Below, in pieces: positions 1 to 9,978 of a stretch of 64,000 nt of DNA. A program made the position numbers and the translations under genes. The stretch comes from an uncultured Chloroflexia bacterium. Lineage in GTDB: Bacteria; Chloroflexota; Limnocylindria; QHBO01. Under the pieces are notes generated by a model, which made no database searches, was not told the DNA's origin, and worked only from the letters and a program-made list of their open reading frames with translations. Position 1 is the first letter of the stretch, and each line of letters begins with the position of its first letter. Where the stretch lies: positions 327,200 through 391,199 of the forward strand of contig CAVWAU010000004.1 in NCBI GenBank assembly GCA_963753125.1, given 5' to 3'.

Positions 1-540
1 AGCTATGGCTGGGCCGGAGCGCGGGCGGCGGACCTGACGGGCCAACAGCTTCCTCGCGCCATCGAGCCGCTGCGCGCCACCGAGACCGAGTCGTTCCTGG
101 CCGGGGCCGACATCGTCGCCATCGTCATCGGCTCGAACGACGCCACGCACTCGACCCCGCCGGGACGCTTCCGCGCCAGCCTGCGCACGGTGCTCGAGGG
201 GGTACGGGCCGTCGCGCCGTCGGCGCGGGTCGTGCTGGCCGGCATCCCGGCTTTCCGCGGCGCACTTCGCGGCGCGGAGCCGCTGATCTTCCTCGCCGAC
301 CAGTACGCCCGCCTGCTGAGGCCGATCAGCTCGGCGGAGGCCGCGCGCGTCGGCGCCGCCTACGCCGACCTGGCGCGCGACGTCCCGCCGCTCATCCGCG
401 GCCGGACCGACGTCCTCTCGCGCGACCAGTTCCACCCGTCGGTCGTCGGCTACAGCGCGTGGGCCGAGGTGATCGCCGAGGCGCTCCTGTCCGACCCGAG
501 CGAGACGGCGACCGCGCGCCTGGAGCCCGTCGGGACCTAG
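1..540 (+). CDS. SGNH/GDSL-type hydrolase family protein (5' end outside window)
   Basis: Frame 1 is open from base 1 to TAG 538-540. The translation contains ...ADIVAIVIGSNDATH... (GxND block) and ...DQFHPS... near the C-terminus, typical SGNH blocks. Confidence 0.75.
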   Translation, partial: SYGWAGARAADLTGQQLPRAIEPLRATETESFLAGADIVAIVIGSNDATHSTPPGRFRASLRTVLEGVRAVAPSARVVLAGIPAFRGALRGAEPLIFLADQYARLLRPISSAEAARVGAAYADLARDVPPLIRGRTDVLSRDQFHPSVVGYSAWAEVIAEALLSDPSETATARLEPVGT

Positions 541-643
541 CCCGGCTAGTCCTGGGTCGAATGCCTGTTGCACGCACGCCGGGATCGGTGCGATGCTACG
601 GCCCGGCTGATCCTCACCCTTGTGCCCAGCTGGGGGAGTCCCG

Positions 644-1876
644 TTGCGCTCGGTCCTGGTCATCGCCACGCTTGTGGCAACGTTCCTCGCAAGCCTTGGT
701 CTGCCCGCGCCCGCCGCCGCTACCGAGTCGAGCGCCAAGGTGGCCATCATCGTGGGTCCGGTCGGCGAGGAGCTGACCCCGGTCTACATCAGCCTGGCCG
801 ATGCGGCGGCCAAGGCCGCCGAGCAGCGCGGCGCGACCGTCGCGACCGCCTACTCGCCCGAGGCATCTGCGGAGAAGGTGCTGGCCGCGGTCGCTGACGC
901 CAACATCGTGGTCTACCTCGGCCACGGGGTGGGATCGCCCAACCCGTACACGGATGCGCCCAGCCCGCTGACCACCAACGGCTGGGGCCTGAACGGCCCG
1001 GGCGCCCGCGGCGACCACTCCGACTCGCATGCCGACGGTGCGCTGGCCTACTACGGCGAGGCCTGGATCGCGCGAGCACGCGCGAGCCAGCACCGGGCTG
1101 GGTGATGATCTACTCCAACGCCTGCTACGCCCCCGGCGCCGGCGAGGGCCAGCACGAGCCCGCCACGCGCGAGGTCGCTTCCGAGCGGGTGTCGCGCCTA
1201 CTCGCGCGGACCGCTCGCCGACCTCGGTGCCAGTGCCTACTTCGCCACCGACTTCTACGAGGGCGCCGCGCACCTGGTCGGCACGCTGCTCGACACCCCC
1301 GAGCGGCCGTACCGCGACATCTTCGCCAGCGACCCGCGCTTCAGCGCCGACGCGCTCAGCACCCGCCCGCACGCGATGGTCGCCGGGGCGGAGACGTGGC
1401 TGCACAAGTCGCCCTACTTCGAGGGCAAGGTCGACTACTGGTATGCCTTCGCCGGCGATCCCGACGCCAGCCTGGCCGGTGGGGCGACGACCGGCGCGAC
1501 CGCTGCCGCTCCCGAACCGGCCGAGAAGGAACCGCCGATCGCTACCGTGGACGGAGCGGTCACCGGGATGGCCTCGTCCTATCCGGAGAGCCCGGGCTGG
1601 GAGGGCGAGGCCACCGTGGCGCTGCCGGCCGAGATCGGCGGCGGGCTCCCGAACGGCGAGCCGACCTACGTCCTCGTCTGCGCCGACCGATGCGTCTCCC
1701 TGCCGGTCGTCGACTCCTGCCCGTGCTACGTCGGCACGGGCGACCAGCGCGTCGCGAACCTCTCGCACGAGGCATGGCGCCAGGTCAGCGACATGCCTCT
1801 CGTGGAGGGGCTCATCGAGGTCGAGATCACCTTCTCGCCGGTCGCCGTTCGCAGCTCCGGGCCGCCGGACCGCTGA
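644..1876 (+). pseudogene. Secreted protein with a His/Cys-dyad-like N-domain (VYLGHGVG ... IYSNACYAPG) and a Cys-containing C-domain; reading frame broken twice
   Basis: TTG at 644 lies 5 nt after GGGGGAG (632-638). Signal peptide MRSVLVIATLVATFLASLGLPAPAAA. The sequence reads frame 2, then frame 1 (about 1060-1100), then frame 2 (about 1195-1200), to the stop at 1876. The pieces match ORFs 620..1105, the start of 1102..1899, and 1376..1876. Confidence 0.6.
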
Positions 1877-1885
1877 GCCGACCGC

Positions 1886-3439
1886 TCAGCCGACGTTGAC
1901 GTCGATGGCGTGGTGCCCGCGGGCGCCGTCGGGCGCCGGCTCGCTGCGCTGATCGGTCTGGACCTCGCCGTCGCCGTCGGTGGCACGGACGCGGATTCGA
2001 TGCTCGCCGGGCATCGCCTCCCAGGTGAGGCCGAACTGGACCCACGTCGCGTCCGAGATCGGTGCGGAGATCGTGGCCGGCGTCCACCCCAGGTCGTCGA
2101 TGTTCAGCTCGACGGCGCTGATGCCGCGGTCCGGGGCCCATGCCACGCCGGCGATGGTGGTCATCCCGGCCGGGATCGTCGCGCCGCGGCGCGGGACGTC
2201 GATCCGTGACTGCGTCAGGATCGGTCCCTCCTTGGACCAGCCGAGCGGCACCCAGTAGGCGTCGAAGCCGTCCCACGTGGTCAGCTCGATCTCGGTCAGC
2301 CACTTCGTGGCGCTGACGTAGCCGAACAGCCCGGGCACGATCAGCCGCGCCGGGAAGCCGTGGTCGACGGGCAGCGGCTCGCCGTTCATGCCCACGGCCA
2401 CGAGCGGCTCGCGATCGTCGGCGAGGGCGTAGCCGGTCGGGAAGCCGGCAGTGAAGCCGTCGACCGCGCGGCCGACGATCTGCGTCGCCGCGGGATCCAC
2501 TCCCGCCTGGCCGAGCAGCTCCTTGAGCCGCACGCCGCGCCAGAGCGCGTTGCCGACCAGGTTGCCGCCGACCTCGTTGCTGACGCACGCGATCGTCACG
2601 TACTGCTCGACGAGCGGCATCGCGACCAGCTCGTCGTAGGTGAGCTCCAGCTCGCTCTCCACCATCCCGGTGACGCGCAGGCGCCAGGTGTCGATGTTCG
2701 GCCGCGGCACGAGGAGCGCGGTGTCGATCCGGTAGAACAGCTCGTTCGGCGTCACGAGCGGGGTGATGCCCTCGACCGCCAGCTCCGCGCCCTCGGGCGG
2801 CGGCGGAGCGGTCGCCGTCGGCTCGGGCAGCGTCCCGGCCTGGGCGATGGCGTTCTGCCGGCCCCGCTCGAGCAGCGTCCGCCCGACCACGCCACTGACC
2901 ACGGCGAGGCCGATGACCGCGATCGAGGTGCCGATGAACCTGCGGCGACCCCAGGCGGGCATCTCTGCCGCCGGTCGCGCGCCGTCGTCAGCGGCGAGCG
3001 CCAGCAGCCAGCGCGTGGCGTAGATGGCCACTAGCACGGCGGCCCCGACCACGATGAGCGTGGTGAGCGGCTCGGCAAGCGGGTCGCGGAGGGCGGCGAA
3101 GAGCGCCAGGATGCCGAACGCGCCCGCGCCGAGCGGCACGACCCACGGTCGGGTGCGCGCCAGCACGCCGCCGAGGGCGGCGGCACCGACCGCGACCGCG
3201 GCGATGAACAGGTTGAGGACGAGCTTGTCGGCCTCGCCGAAGAGGTCGACCACGAACTGCTTGGCGCCTGGCGGCTGGAGGGAGATGACGAGGTCGCCGA
3301 CCGCGACGATCGGGCTGGCCGCGCCGGGCAGGATGCCGGCCAGCAGCTCCGCGATGCCGAGGGCGAGGGCGCCGGCGGCGGCTCCGGCCAGCGCGGCCCG
3401 GTGAACAGGAATGATCGGCGTGGTCGGCTCGGAGATCAT
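1886..3439 (-). CDS. Molybdopterin-dependent oxidoreductase (sulfite-oxidase-like catalytic domain) with N-terminal multi-TM anchor
   Basis: Intact 517-aa ORF. N-terminal hydrophobic helices, then ...VTIACVSNEVGG..., GFPARLIVPGLFGYVSATKWL and a C-terminal Ig-like dimerisation-type region. ATG at 3439. Confidence 0.85.
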   Translation of the reverse strand: MISEPTTPIIPVHRAALAGAAAGALALGIAELLAGILPGAASPIVAVGDLVISLQPPGAKQFVVDLFGEADKLVLNLFIAAVAVGAAALGGVLARTRPWVVPLGAGAFGILALFAALRDPLAEPLTTLIVVGAAVLVAIYATRWLLALAADDGARPAAEMPAWGRRRFIGTSIAVIGLAVVSGVVGRTLLERGRQNAIAQAGTLPEPTATAPPPPEGAELAVEGITPLVTPNELFYRIDTALLVPRPNIDTWRLRVTGMVESELELTYDELVAMPLVEQYVTIACVSNEVGGNLVGNALWRGVRLKELLGQAGVDPAATQIVGRAVDGFTAGFPTGYALADDREPLVAVGMNGEPLPVDHGFPARLIVPGLFGYVSATKWLTEIELTTWDGFDAYWVPLGWSKEGPILTQSRIDVPRRGATIPAGMTTIAGVAWAPDRGISAVELNIDDLGWTPATISAPISDATWVQFGLTWEAMPGEHRIRVRATDGDGEVQTDQRSEPAPDGARGHHAIDVNVG

Positions 3440-3511
3440 GGGGTGGATACGAGACGGGTTGCGGGCGTATCGTACGCCGCAGGCGGCATCGGTCTTGCTT
3501 GGAGGGGTGAC

Positions 3512-3943
3512 GTGGCCGGACTGGTCTGGGTCAGCGATCGCGAGCCGGGCGTGCGCGAGCTCTTCGGCGAGCTGCTTCCCGAGGCCGAGATCCTGACGCC
3601 CGACGAGCTCGATGCGCGGAGCGCGCTCGGGCAGCGGCCCGACGCCCTGGTGATCGACGGCACCCAGCTCATGGAGCTCCCCGCACGCCGGCGCAGCGCC
3701 ATCCTCGGACTCCCGCGCGTCCTCATCTGCACCGGAATGATGCTGGCGTCGATGCCGATGCGGATCGTGCGCGGCCCCAACGTCGCCGTGCTCGCCAAGC
3801 CGTTCTGCATCGAGGACCTCGAGGCGGCGCTCGACTGGCTGCGCGGCACGCCCTCGGCCTTCCCGCCGGCCAGCGGCCAGCTGGCTTCGATGCTCCAGAA
3901 GCCGCGATCGCGCCGCTCCGGCCCGACCATCCCGATCGCCTGA
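3512..3943 (+). CDS. Stand-alone response-regulator receiver-like protein
   Basis: GTG at 3512 lies 7 nt after GGAGG (3501-3505). LVWVSDRE..., DALVIDG (candidate phospho-acceptor Asp), LAKPF (conserved Lys-Pro). No output domain. Confidence 0.6.
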   Translation: MAGLVWVSDREPGVRELFGELLPEAEILTPDELDARSALGQRPDALVIDGTQLMELPARRRSAILGLPRVLICTGMMLASMPMRIVRGPNVAVLAKPFCIEDLEAALDWLRGTPSAFPPASGQLASMLQKPRSRRSGPTIPIA

Positions 3944-3948
3944 GCCGG

Positions 3949-4993
<1,045 letters not shown>

Positions 4994-5038
4994 ATCCCGC
5001 ATCGGGGTATACGTATATACGTCGAGAGGGGAGACGAG

Positions 5039-5470
5039 CTAGACCTGCTCCATCGGCTCCGGTGGCGGCGCCGACGGGTCGAGCTTCAGCGACGCGGAGT
5101 TGATGCAGTAGCGCAGGCCAGTCGGCTGGTCGCGGGCGTCGTTGAAGACGTGGCCGAGGTGGCTGCCGCAGCGCGCGCAGTTCACCTCCGTGCGGCTCAT
5201 GAAGAAGGACCGATCGGTCTCGGTCTCGACCGCATCGGCCTCCTTCGGCTGGTAGAAGGACGGCCATCCGGTTCCCGACTCGAACTTCGTGTTGGCATCG
5301 AAGAGCTCGTTGCCGCAGGCGGCACATCGGTACACGCCGGGCCGATGCTCGTCCCAGTAGGCGCCGGTGAAGGCCCGCTCGGTGCCCTTCTCGCGGAGGA
5401 CGTGGTACTGCTCGGGGCTCAGCTCCGCCCGCCACTCGGCGTCGGACTTCGCGATCTTCTCGGTGGTCAT
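5039..5470 (-). CDS. msrB: Peptide-methionine (R)-S-oxide reductase
   Basis: 143 aa from ATG 5470. CAACGNELF...GTGWPSF...[12 protein letters not shown], the classical two CxxC plus catalytic Cys MsrB pattern. Confidence 0.95.
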   Translation of the reverse strand: MTTEKIAKSDAEWRAELSPEQYHVLREKGTERAFTGAYWDEHRPGVYRCAACGNELFDANTKFESGTGWPSFYQPKEADAVETETDRSFFMSRTEVNCARCGSHLGHVFNDARDQPTGLRYCINSASLKLDPSAPPPEPMEQV

Positions 5471-5476
5471 GCGACA

Positions 5477-5496
5477 AGCGTACGCCGTCGTATCCT
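5477..5496. promoter_or_regulatory. Back-to-back candidate -10 hexamers for leaderless divergent genes (msrB and hydrolase)
   Basis: The intergenic region is only 33 bp. TATCCT (5491-5496) is 7 nt before ATG 5504. On the minus strand TACGCT (5482-5477) is 6 nt before ATG 5470. Both fit TANNNT. No SD-like motif is present. Confidence 0.3.
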
Positions 5497-5503
5497 CTGA
5501 CGC

Positions 5504-6022
5504 ATGAGTGCCACCCGAATCCTCCTGGCGCCTGGCGCATCGGGGAACCCGAAGCAGCTCGCGCCGCACGCGTCCGGCCTCCGGGCGCGCGGCTACGAGG
5601 TTGAGATCGTCAGCCTCCCGAAGGGCACCGTCGAGCGCGCAATGCCGGTGTACCGAGAGGCGATCGCCAAGGAGTCCTCCGCGCTGGTCACCGGCGGCCA
5701 GTCGTTCGGCGGACGGGTCGCCACGCTGCTGGCGGCGGAGGACCCGCCGAAGGCGCTCGTCCTCTTCGCCTACCCGCTGCACGCGCCCGGCCGCCACGAG
5801 GCGTGGCGCGAGCGCACCGCCCACTGGCCCCGGATCACGTGCCCGGTCCTGCTGCTGTCGGGCGAGTCGGACCCGTTCGCGCGGATCGACCTGCTGCGCG
5901 AGGCCGTCGGCCAGCTCTCGGCGGCGACGCTGGTGACGTTCCCCGGCGTCGGCCATGGCGTCGATCCCGTCATCGACGCCGCACTCGACGAGGCCGACGC
6001 CTTCCTGCGGGCAAATACCTGA
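5504..6022 (+). CDS. Alpha/beta hydrolase (short, dienelactone-hydrolase/KANL3-like)
   Basis: 172 aa. GGQSFGGRV nucleophile elbow, later SGESDPF and GVGHG. Confidence 0.8.
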   Translation: MSATRILLAPGASGNPKQLAPHASGLRARGYEVEIVSLPKGTVERAMPVYREAIAKESSALVTGGQSFGGRVATLLAAEDPPKALVLFAYPLHAPGRHEAWRERTAHWPRITCPVLLLSGESDPFARIDLLREAVGQLSAATLVTFPGVGHGVDPVIDAALDEADAFLRANT

Positions 6023-6060
6023 CCGATCCTGTCGCCAATTCGAGCGTATCCTCGGCACCA

Positions 6061-7030
6061 ATGCGCGCGTCGCGGCTCGTCCAGCTGCTCCTGCTCCTCC
6101 AGGCGCGCGGCCGGACCACGGCCGCGGTGCTGGCGACCGAGCTCGAGGTCAGCGAGCGCACCATCCATCGGGACGTCGATGCGCTCAGCGCCGCGGGCGT
6201 GCCGATCTACGCCGAGCGCGGCCCGCACGGCGGCATCCAGCTGGTCGACGGCTATCGGACGCGGCTGACGGGGCTCACCGCGGACGAGGCCGAGGCCCTC
6301 TTCCTCTCCGGCATGCCCGGGCCGGCCGCGGAGCTCGGGCTCGGCACCGTGGTCGCCGCGGCACGTCTCAAGGTCCTCGCCTCGCTCCCCGGCGAGCTCC
6401 GTGCCCGCGCCTCGCGGCTCGTGGAGCGCTTCCACCTCGACGCGACGGCGTGGTTCAGCTCGAGCGAGCCGGTCCCCCACCTCGCCACGCTGGCCGACGC
6501 CGTGTGGGAGGCGCGGCCGGCGACCGTGCGCTACCGGCGCGGCGACCAGAGCGTCGAGCGCCAGCTCGAGCCCATCGGCCTGGTGCTCAAGGCCGGCGTC
6601 TGGTACCTCGTGGCGCGGACCGAGGAGCAGATCCGAACGTATCGCGTGTCGCGCATCACCGAGGTATCGGTCAGCGAGGCGGCGTTCGAGCGCCCGCCCG
6701 ACTTCGACCTGCCCGCCTACTGGACGGAGTCCACGGCCACGTACGAGCAGGGCCGCGCCGCGAGTCACCGTCACCGTGCGCATCGATCCGGCCGTGGTCG
6801 GGGTGCTCGCCGACGCGATCGGGATGCAGGCGGTCCGCGACGCCGAGCGGCTGGTCGTCGAGGATCCCGACGGCTGGCTCCACCTGCGCGTGACCGCCGA
6901 CTGGCCGGAGGAGGTGCCGGGGAGGCTCATCGGCCTGGGGAGCCGTGCCGAGATCCTCGACCCGCCCGAGGTGCGGGAGCGCGCCATCACGCTCGCCCGC
7001 CGCATGCTCGAGCGCCACGGAGAACTCTAG
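6061..7030 (+). pseudogene. YafY-type HTH + WYL-domain transcriptional regulator, one frame change
   Basis: [38 protein letters not shown] (HTH_11), then IGLVLKAGVWYLVA (WYL). Frame 1 reads to about 6750 (YWTESTATYEQG). The protein continues in frame 2 (VTVTVRIDPAVVGVLADAIG...RMLERHGEL) to the stop at 7030. Confidence 0.8.
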
Positions 7031-7044
7031 GCCGGCTCAGAGGC

Positions 7045-7488
7045 TCACACGGCGCTGAAGAGCGTCGAGATGGCGGCGGTGACCAGCCAGATCACGAAGG
7101 CGACCATGCCGACGAGGATGGCGACCACCAGCAGCAGCGCGACCCAGTCGTCGCGCGTCGAGCGATCCGGCTCCTCGAGCCAGCGCCGCGCCATCGCGAG
7201 GTTTCGGGTGTTGGCCTTGAACCAGAGGTCGAACGCGTCGCCGGCGAACGGGATCGCGCCGACGACGAGGTCGATCGCCGAGTTGACGAGCATGCGCACC
7301 ACGACGATCCGCGGCAGGCCCATCCGCGAGGCCCGCCAGACGACGAAGAGGCCGAGCCCTGCGCTGACGAGGTCGCCGAAGCCGGGGACGAGGCCGATGA
7401 TCGCGTCCGCGCCGAACCGCCGCCCCGGAAGGAACGGTACCGGGATGCTGTTGTCGAGCAGCCAGGCGAGCGTCTCGACCTCGGCCAT
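7045..7488 (-). CDS. DUF4112-like small membrane protein
   Basis: 147 aa from ATG 7488. LDNSIPVPFLPGRRFGADAIIGLVPGFGDLV...AIPFAGDAFDLWFKANTRN. The longer listed ORF (to 7914) is Arg/Ala-rich upstream of this Met. Confidence 0.75.
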   Translation of the reverse strand: MAEVETLAWLLDNSIPVPFLPGRRFGADAIIGLVPGFGDLVSAGLGLFVVWRASRMGLPRIVVVRMLVNSAIDLVVGAIPFAGDAFDLWFKANTRNLAMARRWLEEPDRSTRDDWVALLLVVAILVGMVAFVIWLVTAAISTLFSAV

Positions 7489-7603
7489 CGAGCTTGATCG
7501 ATCGGAACGCCTGGCGGGCAGGCGGGTGACGCGGGTCATGGCCGGCCCATGTGCAGGACCGATGCCGTTGCGGGCGCTTGACGAACCGTCGAAACTGACG
7601 CGG

Positions 7604-8035
7604 ATGACCGCCCAGACCGCCGCTCCGCCGGTGGCCGCCGCCCCGAACGCTCGCGTGCCGATGATCGGCGTGCTTCGCGCCCTGCTCATCGGCGAGGCAA
7701 TCGCCGGTCTCGTGGTCGCCATCTTCCTGAGCATGGGGGCATCGCTCGTCGGCTCCCACGAGGGGCCCGATGCCGAGGTGCCGATCCGCTTCGCGGCCGG
7801 TGGAGCCCTTCTGATCGGGATCTTCGCGGCGATCGCCTCGCGCGGCGCGCGACGACGCCGGAGCTGGTCGTGGACGCTCGCGGCCATCCTCCAGGTCATC
7901 ATCGCCATCGGCACCGGGATCGCGGTCCTGATCGTCGAGTGGCACCCGATCTACCTCGCCGCCTTCGCGGCCGCGGTGGCGGTGATGCTCGTCCTGTCAA
8001 CGACATCGGTGCGGCGAGCGCTCGGCCAGGCCTAG
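7604..8035 (+). CDS. Hypothetical membrane protein (3-4 TM)
   Basis: C-terminal part of ORF 7070..8035. Hydrophobic helices (LLIGEAIAGLVVAIFL, ALLIGIFAAIA, LAAILQVIIAIGTGIAVLIV). Start uncertain (ATG 7604 or 7661). Confidence 0.55.
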   Translation: MTAQTAAPPVAAAPNARVPMIGVLRALLIGEAIAGLVVAIFLSMGASLVGSHEGPDAEVPIRFAAGGALLIGIFAAIASRGARRRRSWSWTLAAILQVIIAIGTGIAVLIVEWHPIYLAAFAAAVAVMLVLSTTSVRRALGQA

Positions 8036-8090
8036 CGCTTCGCCCCGGTTCTTGACAGGAACTGGCAGGTTTTCGGCCTAGGATGGACCG

Positions 8091-9107
8091 ATGAGTGACA
8101 CGAGTGCCCACGATCCCGGGCCCGAGGCCGCCGGCGACCGCGGTGAGCGGCACGCGACCGCTGCGCGGGAGCCGTTGACGATCGACGGAGCCACGATCCG
8201 CATCGGTACCGCGTCGTGGACCGATCCGACCATGACCGCACCCGGGGTCTTCTACCCGCCCGATGCGAAGACCGCCGAGGACCGGCTCGTCTACTACGCC
8301 AACCAGTTTCCGATCGTCGAGGTCGACGCGACCTACTACGCGCTCCCCGCCCGCCGCCAGGGCGAGCTGTGGCTGGAGCGCACGCCTGCCGACTTCACGT
8401 TCGACATCAAGGCGCACGCGCTCATGACCGGGCAGCCGTCGGAGCCGAAGCGGCTGCCCAAGGACCTGCGGGAGGCGCTGCCGCCCGAGATCGCCGAGCA
8501 GAAGCGCGTCTACGCCCGCGACCTGCCCAACGAGATCGAGGACGAGATCTGGGCGCGATTCCAGGACGGGATCGAGCCGCTGCGCAGCTCCGGCAAGCTC
8601 GGTGCGGTCTTCCTCCAGTACCCGCGCTGGTTCTTCCCCTCGAACGAGTCGCGCGACGAGATCGTGAAGGCGAAGGAGCGCCTCGGCGACACGCCGTTCG
8701 CCGTCGAGCTGCGCCACGGCTCGTGGCTGAACGACAAGAACCGCGAGCGGACGGTGAGCTTCTTCACCAAGTACGAGATCCCGTTCGTGATGGTCGACGC
8801 GCCACCGGGGACACGCTCCTCCTTGCCGCCGATGACCGTCGTCACCTCGCCGAAGATGGCCGTCGTCCGCTTCCACGGCCGTCGCAGCGAGACGTGGGAG
8901 AAGTCCGGCATCCCGGTCGTCGAGCGCTTCCGCTACCTGTACGACGAGGGCGAGCTCGGCGAGTGGGTGCCACGAATCCGCGAGACGGCTGCGCAGGTGC
9001 CCGAGATCCACGTGCTCATGAACAACTGCTACGCCAACTACGGGACGACGAACGCACGCGAGATCGCCGACCTGCTGGCCTCCGAGGTGCCGCGGCTCGA
9101 CCGCTGA
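8091..9107 (+). CDS. DUF72 (UPF0759) family protein
   Basis: 338 aa. IGTASWTD, YYANQFPIVEVDATYYALP, FDIKAH, GAVFLQYPRWF, VELRHGSW, VVRFHGR, MNNCYANYG: the characteristic DUF72 blocks. Confidence 0.9.
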   Translation: MSDTSAHDPGPEAAGDRGERHATAAREPLTIDGATIRIGTASWTDPTMTAPGVFYPPDAKTAEDRLVYYANQFPIVEVDATYYALPARRQGELWLERTPADFTFDIKAHALMTGQPSEPKRLPKDLREALPPEIAEQKRVYARDLPNEIEDEIWARFQDGIEPLRSSGKLGAVFLQYPRWFFPSNESRDEIVKAKERLGDTPFAVELRHGSWLNDKNRERTVSFFTKYEIPFVMVDAPPGTRSSLPPMTVVTSPKMAVVRFHGRRSETWEKSGIPVVERFRYLYDEGELGEWVPRIRETAAQVPEIHVLMNNCYANYGTTNAREIADLLASEVPRLDR

Positions 9108-9125
9108 GCGGCTACCCTTGCCCGC

Positions 9126-9899
9126 GTGGGGAGCCCGAGCCGCGCGATCCCGATCCTCGTCGTCGTCCTGCTGCTGGCCGCCTGCGTCCTCCCGCCTCTG
9201 CCGACCCCGACGCCGATCCCGACCCCCTCACCGACGCCCTCCGCCTCGCCGACTCCATCCCCGACTCCCGTGCCGAGCCCGACGCCTGCGCCGACCCAGG
9301 ACTTCGGCGCGGTCCCCGACTTCACGGCCGGCGAGCTGATCGTGACCGCCATCTCCGGCCTGCGCGTCCGCCAGCGTCCGGGAGTCAGCGCCAACGTCGT
9401 GACCGGGCTCCTGCCGCTGAGCGCGGAGCTCCAGGTGGTGATGGGACCGATCCCGACCGAGGACCTCGGCTGGTACCTCGTCGCCGACGCCGATGCGGCC
9501 GAGCCGGAGTTCGACGAGGGCTGGATCGCCGCGGGCTTCGAGCCCGACGCGTGGCTGTCGGCGACCGGGGAGACGGCGAGCCGATCCAGGTATCTCGCGT
9601 CGTACGCCCACACCGGCGACGCCGAGAACGGGCCCGTCGAGATCGGCCGCGGCGACCACGCCATTCGCTGGGCGGCCGTGGACCCCGAGGATCTCGCCTG
9701 CCGCTTCGCGGTGTCGCTCGCGGAGGGCGGTGATGAGCCGGTGCCCGCGATCCGGGCGACCGTCGGCAACGCCCTCATCCAGGGAACCCTTCAGCCGGGC
9801 CAGTTCGACGATCTCGACGTGCGTGGCCAGGTCTTCGTGAGCGTCGTCTCGGACTGCGCCTGGACGCTCGTCATCGAGCGCGTGCCGGAATCCGACTGA
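9126..9899 (+). CDS. Lipoprotein with Pro/Thr/Ser linker and SH3b-like domain
   Basis: GTG start. Lipobox LLLAAC. Linker PTPTPIPTPSPTPSASPTPSPTPVPSPTPAPT. Then LRVRQRPGVSANVVTGLLPL...GWYLV (bacterial SH3-like). Confidence 0.7.
   Translation: MGSPSRAIPILVVVLLLAACVLPPLPTPTPIPTPSPTPSASPTPSPTPVPSPTPAPTQDFGAVPDFTAGELIVTAISGLRVRQRPGVSANVVTGLLPLSAELQVVMGPIPTEDLGWYLVADADAAEPEFDEGWIAAGFEPDAWLSATGETASRSRYLASYAHTGDAENGPVEIGRGDHAIRWAAVDPEDLACRFAVSLAEGGDEPVPAIRATVGNALIQGTLQPGQFDDLDVRGQVFVSVVSDCAWTLVIERVPESD
9192..9300 (+). repeat. Low-complexity (Pro-Thr/Pro-Ser)n coding repeat inside the lipoprotein gene
   Basis: Reiterated ccgac(c/g)cc/ccgactcc units encoding PTP/PSP. This is coding low complexity, not an array. 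Confidence 0.6.
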
Positions 9900-9914
9900 C
9901 GCGCCGTAGCGGTC

Positions 9915-9933
9915 GCGACAGGCGAGCTGTCGC
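9915..9933 (+). terminator. Weak hairpin after the lipoprotein gene
   Basis: GCGACAG-gcgag-CTGTCGC (7-bp stem), 16 nt after the stop at 9899. No U-tract. Confidence 0.35.
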
Positions 9934-9978
9934 GCGCGCACGCTAGGCTGCTCGCATGAGGGGGACGAACGCGCACCG

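Noticed and set aside
614-1768. 384-aa minus-strand ORF
   Set aside because: It is antisense to the secreted-protein gene, with Arg/Gly/Asp-rich composition and no recognisable motifs. This is a typical high-GC shadow ORF.
8052-8084. TTGACA ... TAGGAT as a canonical sigma-70 promoter for DUF72
   Set aside because: The spacer is 21 nt, too long for a standard -35/-10 pair. Only the TAGGAT box, 6 nt before the ATG (leaderless geometry), remains plausible.
9192-9300. Short tandem ccgac/ccgcc repeats, considered as a possible CRISPR or VNTR
   Set aside because: The units are 6-9 bp, in frame, and encode a Pro-Thr/Pro-Ser linker within a lipoprotein. There are no spacer-like unique segments.
8216-9733. 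505-aa plus-strand ORF spanning the DUF72 and lipoprotein genes
   Set aside because: It is out of frame with two well-supported genes. The translation is dominated by Arg/Pro/Ala/Gly.
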